The notes: generated by a model from the letters alone, not told the origin. A stretch of 64,000 bases of DNA from Eledone cirrhosa (GCA_964016885.1 OZ024744.1:97526001-97590000); one strand, 5' to 3'. Numbered from the stretch's first letter, positions 1 through 14,711 are shown. A program made the numbers and translations.

Positions 1-220
1 TATATATATATATATATTTATTAAAATAACAGATTAAAGTTTAAGCAAAGAATCGCTGCTTTCACCCTTAACGGGATTCCTGCTTAGTACAGGTATGTTC
101 TTTGTAGAAATATTCAGATGTTGTTTCTGCATGATGAATATAAGTCAGTAGAGTGCTCAACCGAGGGAGCCAAATATATATATATATAAATGAAAGGTAT
201 AGAAAACATTGTAGCAAAAA

Positions 221-259
<39 letters not shown>

Positions 260-306
260 ACAAGAATATTGAAAATAGTATATATATATATATAAGAAAA
301 TTTTAC

Positions 307-525
307 CATTAACAGTTTGGATACTACTAGCAGCAATGAAGCTGATAGTTTTCTTTTGTATTCTATAATCATTATATATTTTGTTGATTGTGTGTCTGAA
401 TGTCTGTTGTCTGTTGACAGAAGGATCATGTTTGCATTCATCAAAACGAACTTCTTGTTCCCATGTGTAGCGCCTACCAACACCATCTACTCGGAAAATA
501 CGGTCTGTTTTGGCACGTAATACAC
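307..525 (-). CDS. NID: Nidogen-like gene, G2 exon 3 (gene continues beyond window start)
   Basis: Acceptor atcttatag|, donor |gtaaaa, 219 nt, phase 1/1. GVLRAKTDRIFRVDGVGRRYTWEQEVRFDECKHDP...IYNDYRIQKKTISFIAASSIQTVN, with the G2 Y.W.Q...F.EC.HD motif. Confidence 0.92.
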
Positions 526-619
526 CTATAAGATACATGAAATGATATTTTATGAGTAATTGGAAAGAAGAAATTATATTATTCATTAAATCAAAGGAAC
601 AAAAGTATTGAGAAGCAGG

Positions 620-622
<3 letters not shown>

Positions 623-650
<28 letters not shown>

Positions 651-978
651 TTTACGTCCACTTTTCCCTGCTTTGCAAGGGGGGGGGACGGGAACTGATT
701 CTGGCTTGATTTCTACAGCTGGATGCCCTTCCTAACACCAACCTCATTTACAGTTTGGGCTGGGTGCTTTTTTGCCGTGGCACCTCCACGACCACTTTAC
801 AGTGGAATGATATGGACCCCAGTCCCTATCATCTCATTTCTACAGCTGAGTAAACTGGAGCAATGTGAAATAAAGTGTCTTGCTCAAGGAAACAACACAT
901 CACCCGGTCTGAGAATTGAACTCACAACCTTTCGATTGCAAGGCCAATGCTCTAACCACTGAGCCATGTGCCTCCATA
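623..978 (-). mobile_element. tRNA-derived CORE-type SINE with (GAT)n tail
   Basis: Minus strand: ggaggcacatggctcagtggttagagc (A box), gagttcaattc (B box), ccttgagcaagacacttt core, (tga)n tail. Head duplicated at 979-1058. Near-identical copies at ~31027-31362, 49374-49719 and 58864-59127. Confidence 0.85.
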
Positions 979-1147
979 CACATCACCCGGTCTGAGAATT
1001 GACCTCACAACCTTTCGATTGCAAGGCCAATGCTCTAACCACTAAGCCATGTGCCTCCAAATAGTAGAAAAAATAAGAAAATGTAGAAAACAAAGATTAC
1101 TTTAGGATAGGTTTATTATATATGTATAGCTAAATACACATTTAAAT

Positions 1148-1563
1148 ATGAGGGTCAGCTGAAAAGCTCATAGACTGACTATGAAGGATTGATGGTAGAG
1201 CTGTGAAATCTTGCATCAAATAATTTCAATTCTTCTTATTAATAACTGAATTGTTTCTTTGGTCATTCCATGAGAGTATCTTGGTCAGCCTATGAACTTT
1301 TCGGCTAATCCATATATATATGTGTGTGTGTGTATTTATGAGGGTGGACAGAAATGTTCATTGGCTGACTATGAAGGATTGATGCTAGGGCTGTGAAATC
1401 TTGCATGCATTAATTTCAACTCTTCTTATTAATAACTGCATTGCTTTTTTTCTAGGGACTATGTGGAAAAATAAACCTCATTTGGTCATTCTATCATTCC
1501 ATGACAGCATTTTGATCAGTCTATGAACTTATCAGACTATGAATTATTCAGCTGACTCTCATA
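1148..1563. mobile_element. Two adjacent non-autonomous mariner-type MITEs
   Basis: Termini gagggtcagctgaaaagctcatag...ctatgaacttttcggctaatcc in TA context. Further copies at 56110-56312 and 62048-62510. Confidence 0.7.
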
Positions 1564-1719
1564 CAGTGAAACCAAAGAGGATTAAAAATATAGCTATACA
1601 TCAATGTTAAAAGCTTAAGAAATAGATGAAGAAAATGTAGATGTATAACTTTTAGAGGATAAATTGTGATCTGAACATTGTCATCCTAATTTTAACATAC
1701 ATTTTTAATTTTTCCTTAA

Positions 1720-2013
1720 TCCTTTAGTATTTAAACCGGCCGTATCCAGCCAGAATTCTCTCTACTCTTTCTGGTCAAACCAGCCATAACCAGCTGCTCG
1801 TACTGATGTTATGGTGTTGTTCTCAAAATATGTAATATCAAAATCTCATAGATTCAATATTTTGTGAGATGATTATGTACGATAAAGTGTTTACCATGAA
1901 AATATGATAGTATATATAGAGTAATGTGAATAATATATGAGATAATTATGTGAGGTAAAGCCTTTAGCATGAAAATACAATAGTATATATAGAGTAACGT
2001 GAATGCTAAAGGG
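1720..2013. mobile_element. piggyBac-type MITE, family A (TTAA TSD)
   Basis: ttaa|tcctttagtattt...aatgctaaaggg|ttaa. Copies at 11345-11565, 12020-12240 and 40204-40854. Confidence 0.75.
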
Positions 2014-2076
2014 TTAAAGGTAGTTTATACAAATATTTGAGCAATGCAGTACAGTGAATGAAAATAGTTTACTTAC

Positions 2077-2274
2077 CAGGCTGTATACGGACATAGTCTT
2101 CATTATATTTATCTATTTCTATTCTCGCACCATTGTGTACCCAAGGAATAGATCCTGTGATATTTGTCTCAGCTCGCATGTTTAAATCTGTATCATGACT
2201 GAAAAGCCTTTCTTGGATTAAGACCTCTTCTCCAGTATCAAATGTTACCTTAGCAGTATGATGCAACTTTCCAC
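2077..2274 (-). CDS. NID: Nidogen-like gene, G2 exon 2
   Basis: Acceptor gttctcaag|, donor |gtaagt, 198 nt, phase 1/1. GKLHHTAKVTFDTGEEVLIQERLFSHDTDLNMRAETNITGSIPWVHNGARIEIDKYNEDYVRIQP, in frame with both neighbours. Confidence 0.92.
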
Positions 2275-3095
2275 CTTGAGAACAACAACAAAAGTAAGAC
2301 AATATTGTTTAAAATGAGATACAACAAATCTCAAATTCTTTAAAAATTTAGAAAAATTTAGAAAAATATCATTTGTTGATGACACAATAAAATATACTCA
2401 GCCAACAACACTATAAAGTGATAATGCTGGTGCCATGATAAAATGCAACTAGCGTACTCAGTAAAGTGGTAGTACTGGTGACACAATAAAATGCACCCAG
2501 CCGACACTGTAAAATGATAGTACTGGTGTCACAATAAACTGCACCCAGTATACTCGGTAAAGTGGTAGTGCTGGTGTCACAATAAAATGCACCAAGTACA
2601 CTCGGTAAAGTGGTCGTGCTGGTGTCATAAAATGCAGCCAGCCTACTCTATAAGGTGGTATGAAAAATATATGAGTATATATTCTTTGATATATTACTGC
2701 ATTAGAATATTTATTATTATCATCATCATCATCATCAGCATCATCCTTTAATGTCTGTCTTCCTTGCTAACAAGAGTTGGGTGGGTCTCCATAGACTGAA
2801 TCAGTAGTATTCATGCAGATCTTCTGACCTCTTAAATGGGCTGAAGGGGCCTGCATCTCACTTACATATGATCCCTCACTATGTACATTTTATCATGGCA
2901 GTATGTCCTTGTCACAGATGAAGAGTCCTAATCCTGACTACTTTACTGATTGTACTGGGTGTACTGGGTGTATTTGTTTTGTTGACACTGAAGAGGTTGT
3001 CATGTCTTTGACACAATTGAAGATTCTGCTTAAGTCTTTTTTCAGCAGGTTTTTCTCCTGGCTGAATGTCCTTCCTATCACCAAATACTTTATAT

Positions 3096-3639
3096 CAGGC
3101 ATGTCGAACCGAGGGTCCCCCGAGGACCACATGGGTCACATATGTGTTGTCTGAGGGCCCCACATGAGTCACGTATGTGTTGTCTGGGGGCCACATGAGT
3201 CACATATGTGTTGTCTGAGGGCCACATAGGTCACATATGTGTTGTCTGAGGGCCACATGAGTCACATATGTGTTGTCTGAGGGCCACATAGGTCACATAT
3301 GTGTTGTCTGAGGGCCACATAGGTCACATATGTGTTGTCTGAGGGCCACATGGGTCACATATGTGTTGTCTGAGGGCCACATGAGTCACATATGTGTTGT
3401 CTGAGGGCCACATGAGTCACGTATGTGTTGTCTGGGGGCCACATGGATCACATATGTGTTGTCTGAGGGTCACATAGGTCACATATGTGTTGTCTGAGGG
3501 CCACACATAACAACTCATTGTGCACATTACAACTAATTTTTTTAATTTTATATTACAAAGATAAAACATGCTCGTGCTGTAAAAACCTTTGTGTGGGCTG
3601 CAGATGTGCTTGTAAAGGGCCGCATGTTTGACATGCCTG
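3096..3639. mobile_element. Non-autonomous hAT element with an internal 31-bp minisatellite
   Basis: TIRs caggcatgtcgaac / gtttgacatgcctg; 8-bp TSD ctttatat / gtttatat; about 12 copies of gagggccacatgagtcacatatgtgttgtct at 3122-3507. Confidence 0.85.
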
Positions 3640-4170
3640 GTTTATATGATGTACTGGGTGTATTTATCATGTAGATCATCAACACTGGAGAGGTTCTCAT
3701 ATCTTTGACACAATTGAATAGTCCTCTTAACCCTTTTTTTCAGCAGCTATTTACTCCTGGCTGAATGTCCTTCTTATCACCAAACACTCTATATGATGCA
3801 CTGGGTGCGTTTATCATGTAGATCATCAAAATACTGAGGAGATTGTCTTATTTTTGACACAACTAAATAGTCTTCTCAACCTTTTGTTTGGCAGGTTTTC
3901 TATAACTGGATACCCTTCCTATCCCCAATCACTTTACAGAGTGTACTGGTAGTTTTTATCAAGTAAATCACCAACACAAGGGAGTTTGCCATATCTATGA
4001 CACAGTTGAAGAATCCTTTCAACACTTTGTTTGGCAAGTTTTCAAAGTCTGGATGTTCTTCCTATTACCAACCACTTTACAGAGCGAATAAATGTATGAA
4101 TATATAAATATATATTCTACAATATATTAACACATTAAAATAGTAAGGAAATAATATTTCTTTCACATAC

Positions 4171-4407
4171 CAGTTATCATAAAGCCATTTTGGGAATCTT
4201 CTGCTTCTAGAGTGCTGAATAAGAACCCAAGGAAAGTATTTATACCATCTAATAAAATGATAGAAAGACCAGTTTCTTCAGTAATTGAACTGACAACAGT
4301 GTAAGCACGTCCACTATTTGTTATGATATATGAATGCCTGTTCAAGTTAAATGTACTGGTCTTATTTAAGGTCAAAGTAATTCTGCCATTAAGCTGTTGA
4401 GGAGTTC
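4171..4407 (-). CDS. NID: Nidogen-like gene, G2 beta-barrel exon 1
   Basis: Acceptor ttttatttcag|, donor |gtatgt, 237 nt, phase 1/1. GTPQQLNGRITLTLNKTSTFNLNRHSYIITNSGRAYTVVSSITEETG...NGFMITG matches G2 motifs G.PQR.NG, HSY.....GR.YT and NGF..TG. Confidence 0.94.
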
Positions 4408-5122
4408 CTGAAATAAAATAAAAAGTATAATAAGTTAAATCAGTTTGTTTTATCTAAAGACCCTCTTTGGTCATGATTGACCATGGGTTTTGTACCTAGA
4501 AAGTTTCCCTACTGAGGTACCAGCGAGGGTTAGGTGTTTTTGTGGAAGACCAGCAATCACCCATACATATCAGTCTTCCCTCTACACACCACCTATGTTG
4601 TCCAAGGGAAAGGTAAAAGCTGCTACAACTTGGCACCAGAGACCTCATATCTAATATATATACTATATACACTATATACACACTCTGTATAGATTATATA
4701 TTATATATACATTATACACGATGTCAAAGGGAAAGGCAAAAGCCAACATAACTCAGCACCAGTGACATCACAACTAATATATACACTATATATACATACA
4801 ATATGTGTACACTACATATTGTATATACTCTATATATGATGTTATCCAAGGGAAAGGTAAAGACTGATACAGCTTGGCACCAGTAACATCACAACTCATT
4901 TCTACGGCTGGGTGAACATGAACATGAAATAAAGTGTCTTGCTCAAGGACACAATGTATCACTCGGTCCAGGAATCAAACTTATAATTTTACAATTGAAA
5001 AAAAAAATACAGCCATCACTCAAAATCGAGTATGAGTTTGTAGTTTGTGCAAATATTTAATATTAATAGAGATTAAAAGTTGAAGCAATGAATTTCTCCT
5101 TTCACCCTAAATGGGATCATCT

Positions 5123-5352
5123 TTTTTTTTTTTTTTAATCGATCGACTTTCGTCAAATCGGACCGAGGAAACAATGTTTCCGTTGGTCTTTCCAGTTGCT
5201 ACTACTATCTATCGGTCGCAACTCCAGGTAGAAGGAGCAACGTGAAATAAAGTGTCTTGCTCAAGGACATAACGCATCGCCCGGTCCAGGAATCGAACTC
5301 ACAACCTCAAGATTGTGAATCCAATTCTCTAACCACTCAGCCACACACCTTC
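5123..5352 (-). mobile_element. tRNA-derived CORE-type SINE with poly(A) tail
   Basis: Head tgtggctgagtggttagag...gagttcgattcc, CORE-like ccttgagcaagacacttt, poly(A), 12-bp TSD atgggatcatct (5111-5122 / 5353-5364). Confidence 0.88.
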
Positions 5353-6158
5353 ATGGGATCATCTATATATATTTAATATGTAGTTTAAACACTTTGAGTC
5401 AAAACCACCTAAAACTGCCCCTGGTTCTACTATGCAAAATTCTCTATTTTAAAAATATTTATCAAAAAAAATATTTCATCAAAATTTTATGTAAGAACCT
5501 TTGTTAAGCTATATTCCAAACACCAGTTTAATAATTATTTCTAATCTAGACACGAGGCCTGCAAGTTGAAGTACTTAACTTGTACTTCATTTTATCGACC
5601 CTGAAAGGAAGAAAAGCAAAGATGACTTTGGTGGGATTTGAACTCAGAAAGTAAAGAACCAGAACAAATGCCACAAAGCATTTTACCTAATATTCTAACG
5701 ATTCTACCAGCCCACCAGCTTAATAATTGTTTCTACTTTTGGCACAAGGCCAGCAATTACCCCCAGTGCATTACTGGTACTTTATTTTATCGACCCTATA
5801 AGCATGAAAGGCAAAGTTAACTTCGGCGGGATTTGAACTCAGATCGTAAAGGGGCGTAACTCTATGCCATAAAGCATGCTGTCCGACCCTCTACCGATAC
5901 TGCCAATCCACCACCAGTTTGATAATGAGAACGTTACTTACATAACTAAACACCTTCAATATATATATATATATATATATTTGGGGGGGGGGGGGGTTTC
6001 ATATCTTATTTCAATAGTGTAAACATTGTCTTTCATTAGAAATATGATAATTGTTTCTACTTTAGGCACAAGGCCAGCAAAGTACCCAGTGCATTACTGG
6101 TACTTTATTTTAGAAATATGATAATGAAAAGGTTAAGAACAAAATTGAAACAGATTAC

Positions 6159-6302
6159 CTTTAATCAAGCAATTGATTCCATTACCATAAGTAGTAGGAG
6201 GACATTGGCAACAATACCCTGTTGAAAAATCTACACATTTGGCAGTGTGGTAGCATTGATGATGACCATTTTTGCAGTAAGCTGGTCCAAAATCTTCATC
6301 AA
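6159..6302 (-). CDS. NID: Nidogen/entactin-like gene, EGF-like module exon (first confidently visible exon)
   Basis: Acceptor aaatatag|, donor |gtaatc, 144 nt, phase 1/1. Translates xDEDFGPAYCKNGHHQCYHTAKCVDFSTGYCCQCPPTTYGNGINCLIK, matching the nidogen EGF before G2 (HQC...C.D..TG.CC.C...Y.GNG..C). Not in the ORF track. Confidence 0.93.
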
Positions 6303-7301
6303 CTATATTTAGATAATAAAAATAATAATGATGATAATAATATTTCTTTTTTTTTTTTTTTTATCACATTTAATAATTGAAATCATATTAAAATACTTTC
6401 CTCTGTTTTCAATATTCTGCAATATCTGAAATAACCTTAGTTAAATAAGAAAGAAAAAAAAGCTTTTTACTTTGATATAAGATATGGTGCTCACAAGGAC
6501 TGTAATTTATAGGATGAAGTGTGATGGAAATAACAGCTTTGGTTTGATGACAAGCCAATAATGAGAAGCCTCTACATGATCATTCGATTTGCTAGAAATA
6601 GCAACCAGTTTTCCATCAAACCTCACCCTAACTTTTTAATGAAGGACACACTGGATAGTTTAGTTTAGTCTGGGCCCTGAGGGTATATAAAAAAAAAAAA
6701 ATCTTAAAAACTATGGAATGCCTTTGATCATATCTCTGTCCTGTCTGCTCAATCAGGGCCAACTTGGAGCTAAACAAACACAACAACAACAATTTCTATG
6801 GAAACTGAAATTAGATAAATGTTAATTTTATAGATAATTAGATAAAAATGTTAATTTTATAGATAAAGGGTGTAAATTTAACAGTGATATCAGTGTAAAA
6901 TATATACTCATATAGTGATTTCAATAGAATATAGCGCTTATATAATGAAATAAGTGTAGAGCTGTTTATATATTGGTATGGATGTAATTGTGGTATTGTG
7001 ATAGCTGAAAATGTAATACTATAATAAATAAATATAAAATAGTTCTTTCAATATATATCATGTAAGGTTATGCATGCAAAATAAACTTCAAAATACAAAT
7101 ATTAATCAAAAGCTTAAGGAACATGTAGTAAGATTGAAATTAAAGAGAATATTTTGCGTTCTGTTTTTTGAAAAGGCTTACTTTGTATTTTAACTTTATA
7201 TCTGTCTATCTTTCAATCTATATATTTGTCTGAGTGTCGGGGTCAGTCAGGGATAACGACAGTTAGTAAGGTTCTCGGTGCATTAGTAGAGACTGAACAT
7301 C

Positions 7302-7404
7302 ATGTTTAATAAAAGAAATGGCTTTTACAGGACTAAAACTGTTTCATTCAAAAGAAATCATCAGTAAAGCCTAGTCCTGTAGAAGCCATTTCTATATTAA
7401 ACAT
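7302..7404 (-). ncRNA. Minimal hammerhead ribozyme motif inside a ~33-bp inverted repeat
   Basis: Minus strand GGCTTTA-CTGATGA-TTTC TTTT GAAT-GAAA-CAGT-TT, flanked by complementary arms 7302-7335 and 7372-7404. Abuts a (TA)n tract. Confidence 0.6.
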
Positions 7405-7420
7405 TATTTATATATTATAT

Positions 7421-7506
<86 letters not shown>

Positions 7507-8221
7507 TTTACATATACATATATACATATATATATATACATATACATACATACATATATATATACATATACATATACATACATATATATACATATATATA
7601 TACATATACATACATATATATACATATACATACATATATATATATACATATGTATATACATACATATATATATGTATATACATATACATACATATATATA
7701 CATATACATACATATATATATATACATATACATATACATACATATATATATACATATATATACATATACATACATATATATACATACATATACATACATA
7801 TATATATACATACATATGTATATACATACATATATATATGTATATACATATACATACATATATATACATATACATACATATATATATATATATACATACG
7901 TATATACATACATATATAAATATATATACATATATAAATATATATATATATATATGTATGTATATGTATGTATATATACATATATATAAATATATATATA
8001 TGTATATATAATCAGTGATATTGTAAAACTACTGTGACTGGAAATTTATCGATTGCATTATTAAACTCTACCTATCTTACTGTAAACTATAAAATCATAT
8101 TAAGCTATAAAATATTTTTTGCCTTCATATGGTTGTATTATCAACTTAGTTAAACTCTTTTATACGTGTACGTATGTATGTGTGAATATATATATATATA
8201 TATATACACACACATATATAT

Positions 8222-8252
<31 letters not shown>

Positions 8253-8305
8253 CTAACATGTATATATATATATATATATACATACATATATATATACACA
8301 TACAC

Positions 8306-8356
<51 letters not shown>

Positions 8357-8397
8357 TATATCTACATACACGTATATATATATATACATATATATAT

Positions 8398-8430
<33 letters not shown>

Positions 8431-8503
8431 TATATACATATATATATACATATATATATACATATATATATACATATATATATACATATATATATATACA
8501 TAC

Positions 8504-8534
<31 letters not shown>

Positions 8535-8567
8535 CATACATATATACATATATATATACACATACAC

Positions 8568-8599
<32 letters not shown>

Positions 8600-8609
8600 C
8601 TACATACAC

Positions 8610-8642
<33 letters not shown>

Positions 8643-8707
8643 CATACACGTATATATATATACATATATATATACATATATACATACATATATATATACA
8701 CATACAC

Positions 8708-8782
<75 letters not shown>

Positions 8783-8810
8783 CATACACGTATATATATA
8801 TATATATATA

Positions 8811-8856
<46 letters not shown>

Positions 8857-8889
8857 CATATATATATACATACATATATATATACACAT

Positions 8890-8951
<62 letters not shown>

Positions 8952-8962
8952 CTACATACACG

Positions 8963-9022
<60 letters not shown>

Positions 9023-9086
9023 CATACATATATACATTTATACATATATACATATATACATATATACACATATATACATATATATA
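7405..9086. repeat. Compound (TA)n/(TACA)n microsatellite blocks (7405-8010, 8160-9086)
   Basis: Directly visible; source of the YI-repeat ORFs. Confidence 0.97.
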
Positions 9087-9754
9087 TTCTCTTTTTTTCT
9101 GCTATGACATTGTATTAGTGATTCATATTCTGTTGATAAATCACAAACAGGAGGAAAGTTAGAAAACATTACACAAACCTATAAGCTAAATTGTTCTTTG
9201 AATTTTTGCAAATACACCAAAAGGAAACTTTATGAAAAATTTATTTCAAGCTGCAGAAGTTTCAATCTACTGCTTGACTATAGATAAATCATACTTATAA
9301 ATATGTATGTATTTGCATATGTATGTGTGAGGCATGTATGTGCCTGGGTGCTTGACTGACTGTTCATTCAGATTGTTTGAATGTTTTAAGTACCATGATG
9401 TTTTAAACATCCATACACACACACACACACGCATATATATATTTATATATTTATATATATATATATATAAGGGCGGCACACCAGCATGGTCTCAGCCAGA
9501 TGGAACAGGTAAAAGAGTAAAAGAATATTTATATATATATATATATATACCTGTATATGTATGTGTGTATGGATATATGTATGTATACTTGTTTTACTCC
9601 AAAATGAGTGGAAAAGTATTCAATACATACAATATAGTATGATTATTCAATATAGCTTGATTCAATCTTTAAAAATATATAATGGGGAAACACTAAGTAT
9701 CAATGCAGAAGGCACCAGCCATATACACTAAATATATATATATCAATACATAAT

Positions 9755-9975
9755 ATTATTAATATATTAAAAAAACTGCCAGTTTCATAGACATTATTAG
9801 CAAAAGTACATGTTCTCTATTATCAGAAGTTGTACATGTGTCTTGTTTGTCATGGTTCATAATCAAAACTGATGGTTAGATATGACAAAATGCACATATA
9901 AACTCTGATACTGGAGAATATATGTTTTTACCAATAACATCTATGAAACTGGCAATTTTTGAATATGTTAATAAT
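9755..9975. repeat. Old diverged palindrome, ~110-bp arms
   Basis: attattaatatatt...tgccagtttcataga...ataatca pairs with tgatggtt...tctatgaaactggca...aatatgttaataat across a loop of a few nt. Confidence 0.8.
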
Positions 9976-10193
9976 CTTCTTTGACTCTAAACTCCGCTAG
10001 TTGCAGACTGTGCATCAACATGAGATATTTTTCTCCACAAAGTTCGATCAGAGTTTAAAGAGTAAAGATCAAGTCCTGTCAATGTATTAAAATATGTAAA
10101 TTACGTCTATGCTTACATATCAAGTGTGCTTTCTTTTTTAATATGAAAATCACACTACACTCGAGTAGTTATATGCATATATACATGTGTGTG

Positions 10194-10231
<38 letters not shown>

Positions 10232-11344
10232 CATACAAACACGCTACATGTCTGCCACTGAAATATGAAGTTTTTATTTTATGTAGCACGATAAGATGAC
10301 AAAATGCAAATAGTAATCTATTTATGGATAAAATCAAAATACTTTAATTTAGAGAAGAAATTTATATGCATTAAAAGAAAATATTAGTGCTGAAATCCAT
10401 TTCAACAAAGGTAATTTATATAACATGCCAATATTTTATTTCTTATCAGCTTTAACAATGTCAGAAAAATTTACCATAGTATAACTTATTGTCTATACTT
10501 TAGTAGCTTGCAGGTAAACAAAATCAATCCAAATATTTATTGTAAAAAAAGGGATTATCTTCATTAACTTCCAGCAAAAATAAACATAATAAATAGTGTT
10601 GTAATTCAGCAATTAAATTTTTAGCATCAAAGACACTCATTAGCTAACTGACATTGATGCCAAGAAATTTATGCTAACAAATTTATGTCAACAAATTTAA
10701 GTCCTAGATGGTTGAATATGAATAAATCATTTTTATGAATATAGAAATTTCTCATTGACAATGCTTGTAAAATTCATCATTGCTTGTAAAATTTTGAATC
10801 TTACACTGAGAGATTTTCAGATAGAGAAAATTATGTAGATAAATTTTCTCCTAAGACAATCTGATGATTACGACATTGTCCTATTTGTAGGCAACATTTC
10901 TTGATTTATCAATTTAAATGGGAATGTGTCATGAACAAATTCCTCATTTTTCTTCTTCTTCTATTGCAGTTCCATGTCACAACTAACCAACCATTTATTA
11001 ACAATTTTGAAATTCATCCATATATTCTTATTATTGGTAAACTGCATATTCTTATGTGTGTGTATGCAATTTTGTGTTATGTGTATATGTGTGTATGTGC
11101 ATGCTTGTACGCATATATAAGATCTGGTGTGTGTATGTGTATGCTTTTATTTATTTTTTTTAAATTCCTTTGCTGGCTTCAGCCAATGGATTTGCAGCTT
11201 TACAGGAGTACCACCTTCAAGAGTCTTAGTTGATAGTATCACACACACACCACCGGACCCCACCCACACGCACATACATTTATCTTAGTCTGATAATTAT
11301 TTTATAGATTTCTGTTTGTTGAACCATTAAGTTATGGGGCTTAA

Positions 11345-12240
11345 CCCTTTAGCATTTAAACCAGCCATATCCGGTCAGAATTCTCTCACCTTTTTCTGTT
11401 CAAAGTGGCTGTAACAGGCCACTCATGCTGATGTTAAGGTATTGTTCTCAAAATAAATACTTTCAAAATCTCATAGATTCGATATTATGTGTGATAATTA
11501 TGTGAGATAAAGCCATTACTGTGAAAATACAACAGTAAATATAGAGTAATGTAAATTATAAAGGGTTAAAGCAACACATCCTCAAAAAAATCCATGTTGA
11601 ATTTTTTGCTTTGCAGATACATTTAACCTGTCATTGGGCTCATCAAATTTTCTGTATAACCATTATATAAACATTAAGAATATTGGACACATGGCAGCAG
11701 GTTATAAAACTAACAAAAAATCTTAAATTCATTTGGACTATCACATACATATGAACATATAATATATAAATATATGTGTGTATGTGTGTGGGGAGGGGAT
11801 GTTTAAGGGTATGATTTTTCTTGTTGCAAAAGCTACTTCAACATATAATTTACTATGATATAGCATTGAATAAAATTAGGGATCTAACCCCTTGAGATGG
11901 GAGACAAATGGACAGAATTGCTTTCAAGGAATCAAACCATGCTACTGCAATATGATGGAAGGCTGGTTTACTACTACTGCATGAAAGGGTATTCCTGCCA
12001 CTCCTTTCTGCTAGTTTAACCCTTTACAATTTACATAACTCTATATATACTATTATATTTTCACAGTGAAGGCTTTACCTCACATAATTATCTCATATAA
12101 TATCGAATCTATGAGATTTTGAGATTATTTATTTTGAGAACAATACCTTAACATCAGCATGAGTGGCCAGTTTCAACCGGCTTGAACAGAAAGAGGTGAG
12201 AGAATTCTGGCCAGATACGGCCAGTTTAAATGCTAAAGGG
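11345..12240. mobile_element. Inverted pair of piggyBac-type family A MITEs (11345-11565, 12020-12240)
   Basis: Both TTAA-flanked with cccttta...taaaggg ends, in opposite orientation. Confidence 0.8.
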
Positions 12241-13169
12241 TTAAAGCTCATATCTTTCAGATATAGAATTATTATATTGTAAACACTAATGAAAGGCTTA
12301 ATGAACAAATACTATTTAATTACTTTTAATTTAAGAACATAAATTAGATATAGAGATTAAGGTATGAGATTTAGGGGACTGCAATCTAGGCATCTCAAGA
12401 GATTAGGTGAAAAGTTATTTCATTAAACCATATTAAATATATGTTAAATCTGTTGTGAGATATAGTGAAATAGCACAACATATATACTTGTGTTTAGTGA
12501 CAACGAATATCACTAGGCAGAAGAACTACTCCAAGAGGACCCCATCTAAAAACTGTACACACAAAAATATTACTGGAGGAGGAGATTTCATCATAGTTGT
12601 TACTCTGGGGTTGTGGCTACAAAATCTTAAACTGGCTCTTGTAAGGACGATATCTCCATGGTAAAATGGCTAAAATATCCCACTGATTATGATGGCTGAA
12701 ACCAGCAAAAGAAGAAAGAACATGCTGGCATATATGTAGTAATATAATTGTTTTTGCTTTGGGCCCAAGGCCAGCAATTACCCCAGTACATTACTGGTAC
12801 TTTATTTTATCGACCCCTTAAGGATGAAAGGCAAAGTTAACCTCGGTGGAATTTGAACTCAGAACATAAAGAGCCATAACTCTATGCTGCAAAGCATGGT
12901 GTCTGACGTTCTACCAATACTGCCAATCCACTGGTTTAGTTTCTGTCAGAGTATATATTGTTATATCTATTTCTCATTAATAAGATGTATAAAACTTTAA
13001 TATATATACCTACGTGTGATTCTGTATATCTGTATACATATATATATTTATATACTTGAGATTTCATTTAGACATGCAATGAAAGACCATGCTTTTGTAT
13101 AGAAAAAGGAGACAGAAGGAAAAAAATGGAAGTTTGTTTCCTTAAATGACTTTATTGCATTTTACTGCA

Positions 13170-14040
<871 letters not shown>

Positions 14041-14658
14041 ATCAGAATATAATCAGAAGAAAAAGGTGGCAGTAACTTTGAAGTTTCAGCGAATGCTTCT
14101 CCTCACACACATACACACTTACACACATACACACATACACTCACACACACAAATTTTACATACATTCAGATTTATGATTTGAATATTTGTTGAAGAACTT
14201 CAGCCATTTTTTTTTTTTTTCAGACTTATTTGCATTCACTTCAGTCAGTTTGCTAAAAAGATTATTTGACATTGTTGCCAGCATTTGAAATGCAACAATA
14301 ATATGACATGGTAAAGTTGTTAGGATAAGGAGAGTGTTATCATAAACGTATTTATTTTTATTGTTACTATAATGCTATTCATTTTTGGAAACAATGATTC
14401 ACTCTTAATTATAGGGCACAAATATAGGAGCTGAATCGGAAGGTTCCATCAATATAAGTGAAATGGAAGTCACCTTATATTTACATTATCAAATCATATC
14501 TGAAAGGTAAGCATGCTAAAGTATGGGAGAGGAGGATCACAAACCACACAACATTGCAGGAAAGAGAAAGAGCATGCCTTTAAATATTGAATCATCAATT
14601 TATAATGAAATATATTTGAAAAAAAATAATAGGACATTTATTTTGGCTATCCTTTTAA

Positions 14659-14711
<53 letters not shown>

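Noticed and set aside
68-586. 172-aa ORF as a standalone gene
   Set aside because: Only 307-525 is a nidogen exon; the rest is intron read-through.
7404-9118. Long YI/HT/CV-repeat ORFs here and near 13.6k, 31.6k, 39k, 42k and 50k
   Set aside because: Translations of dinucleotide microsatellites.
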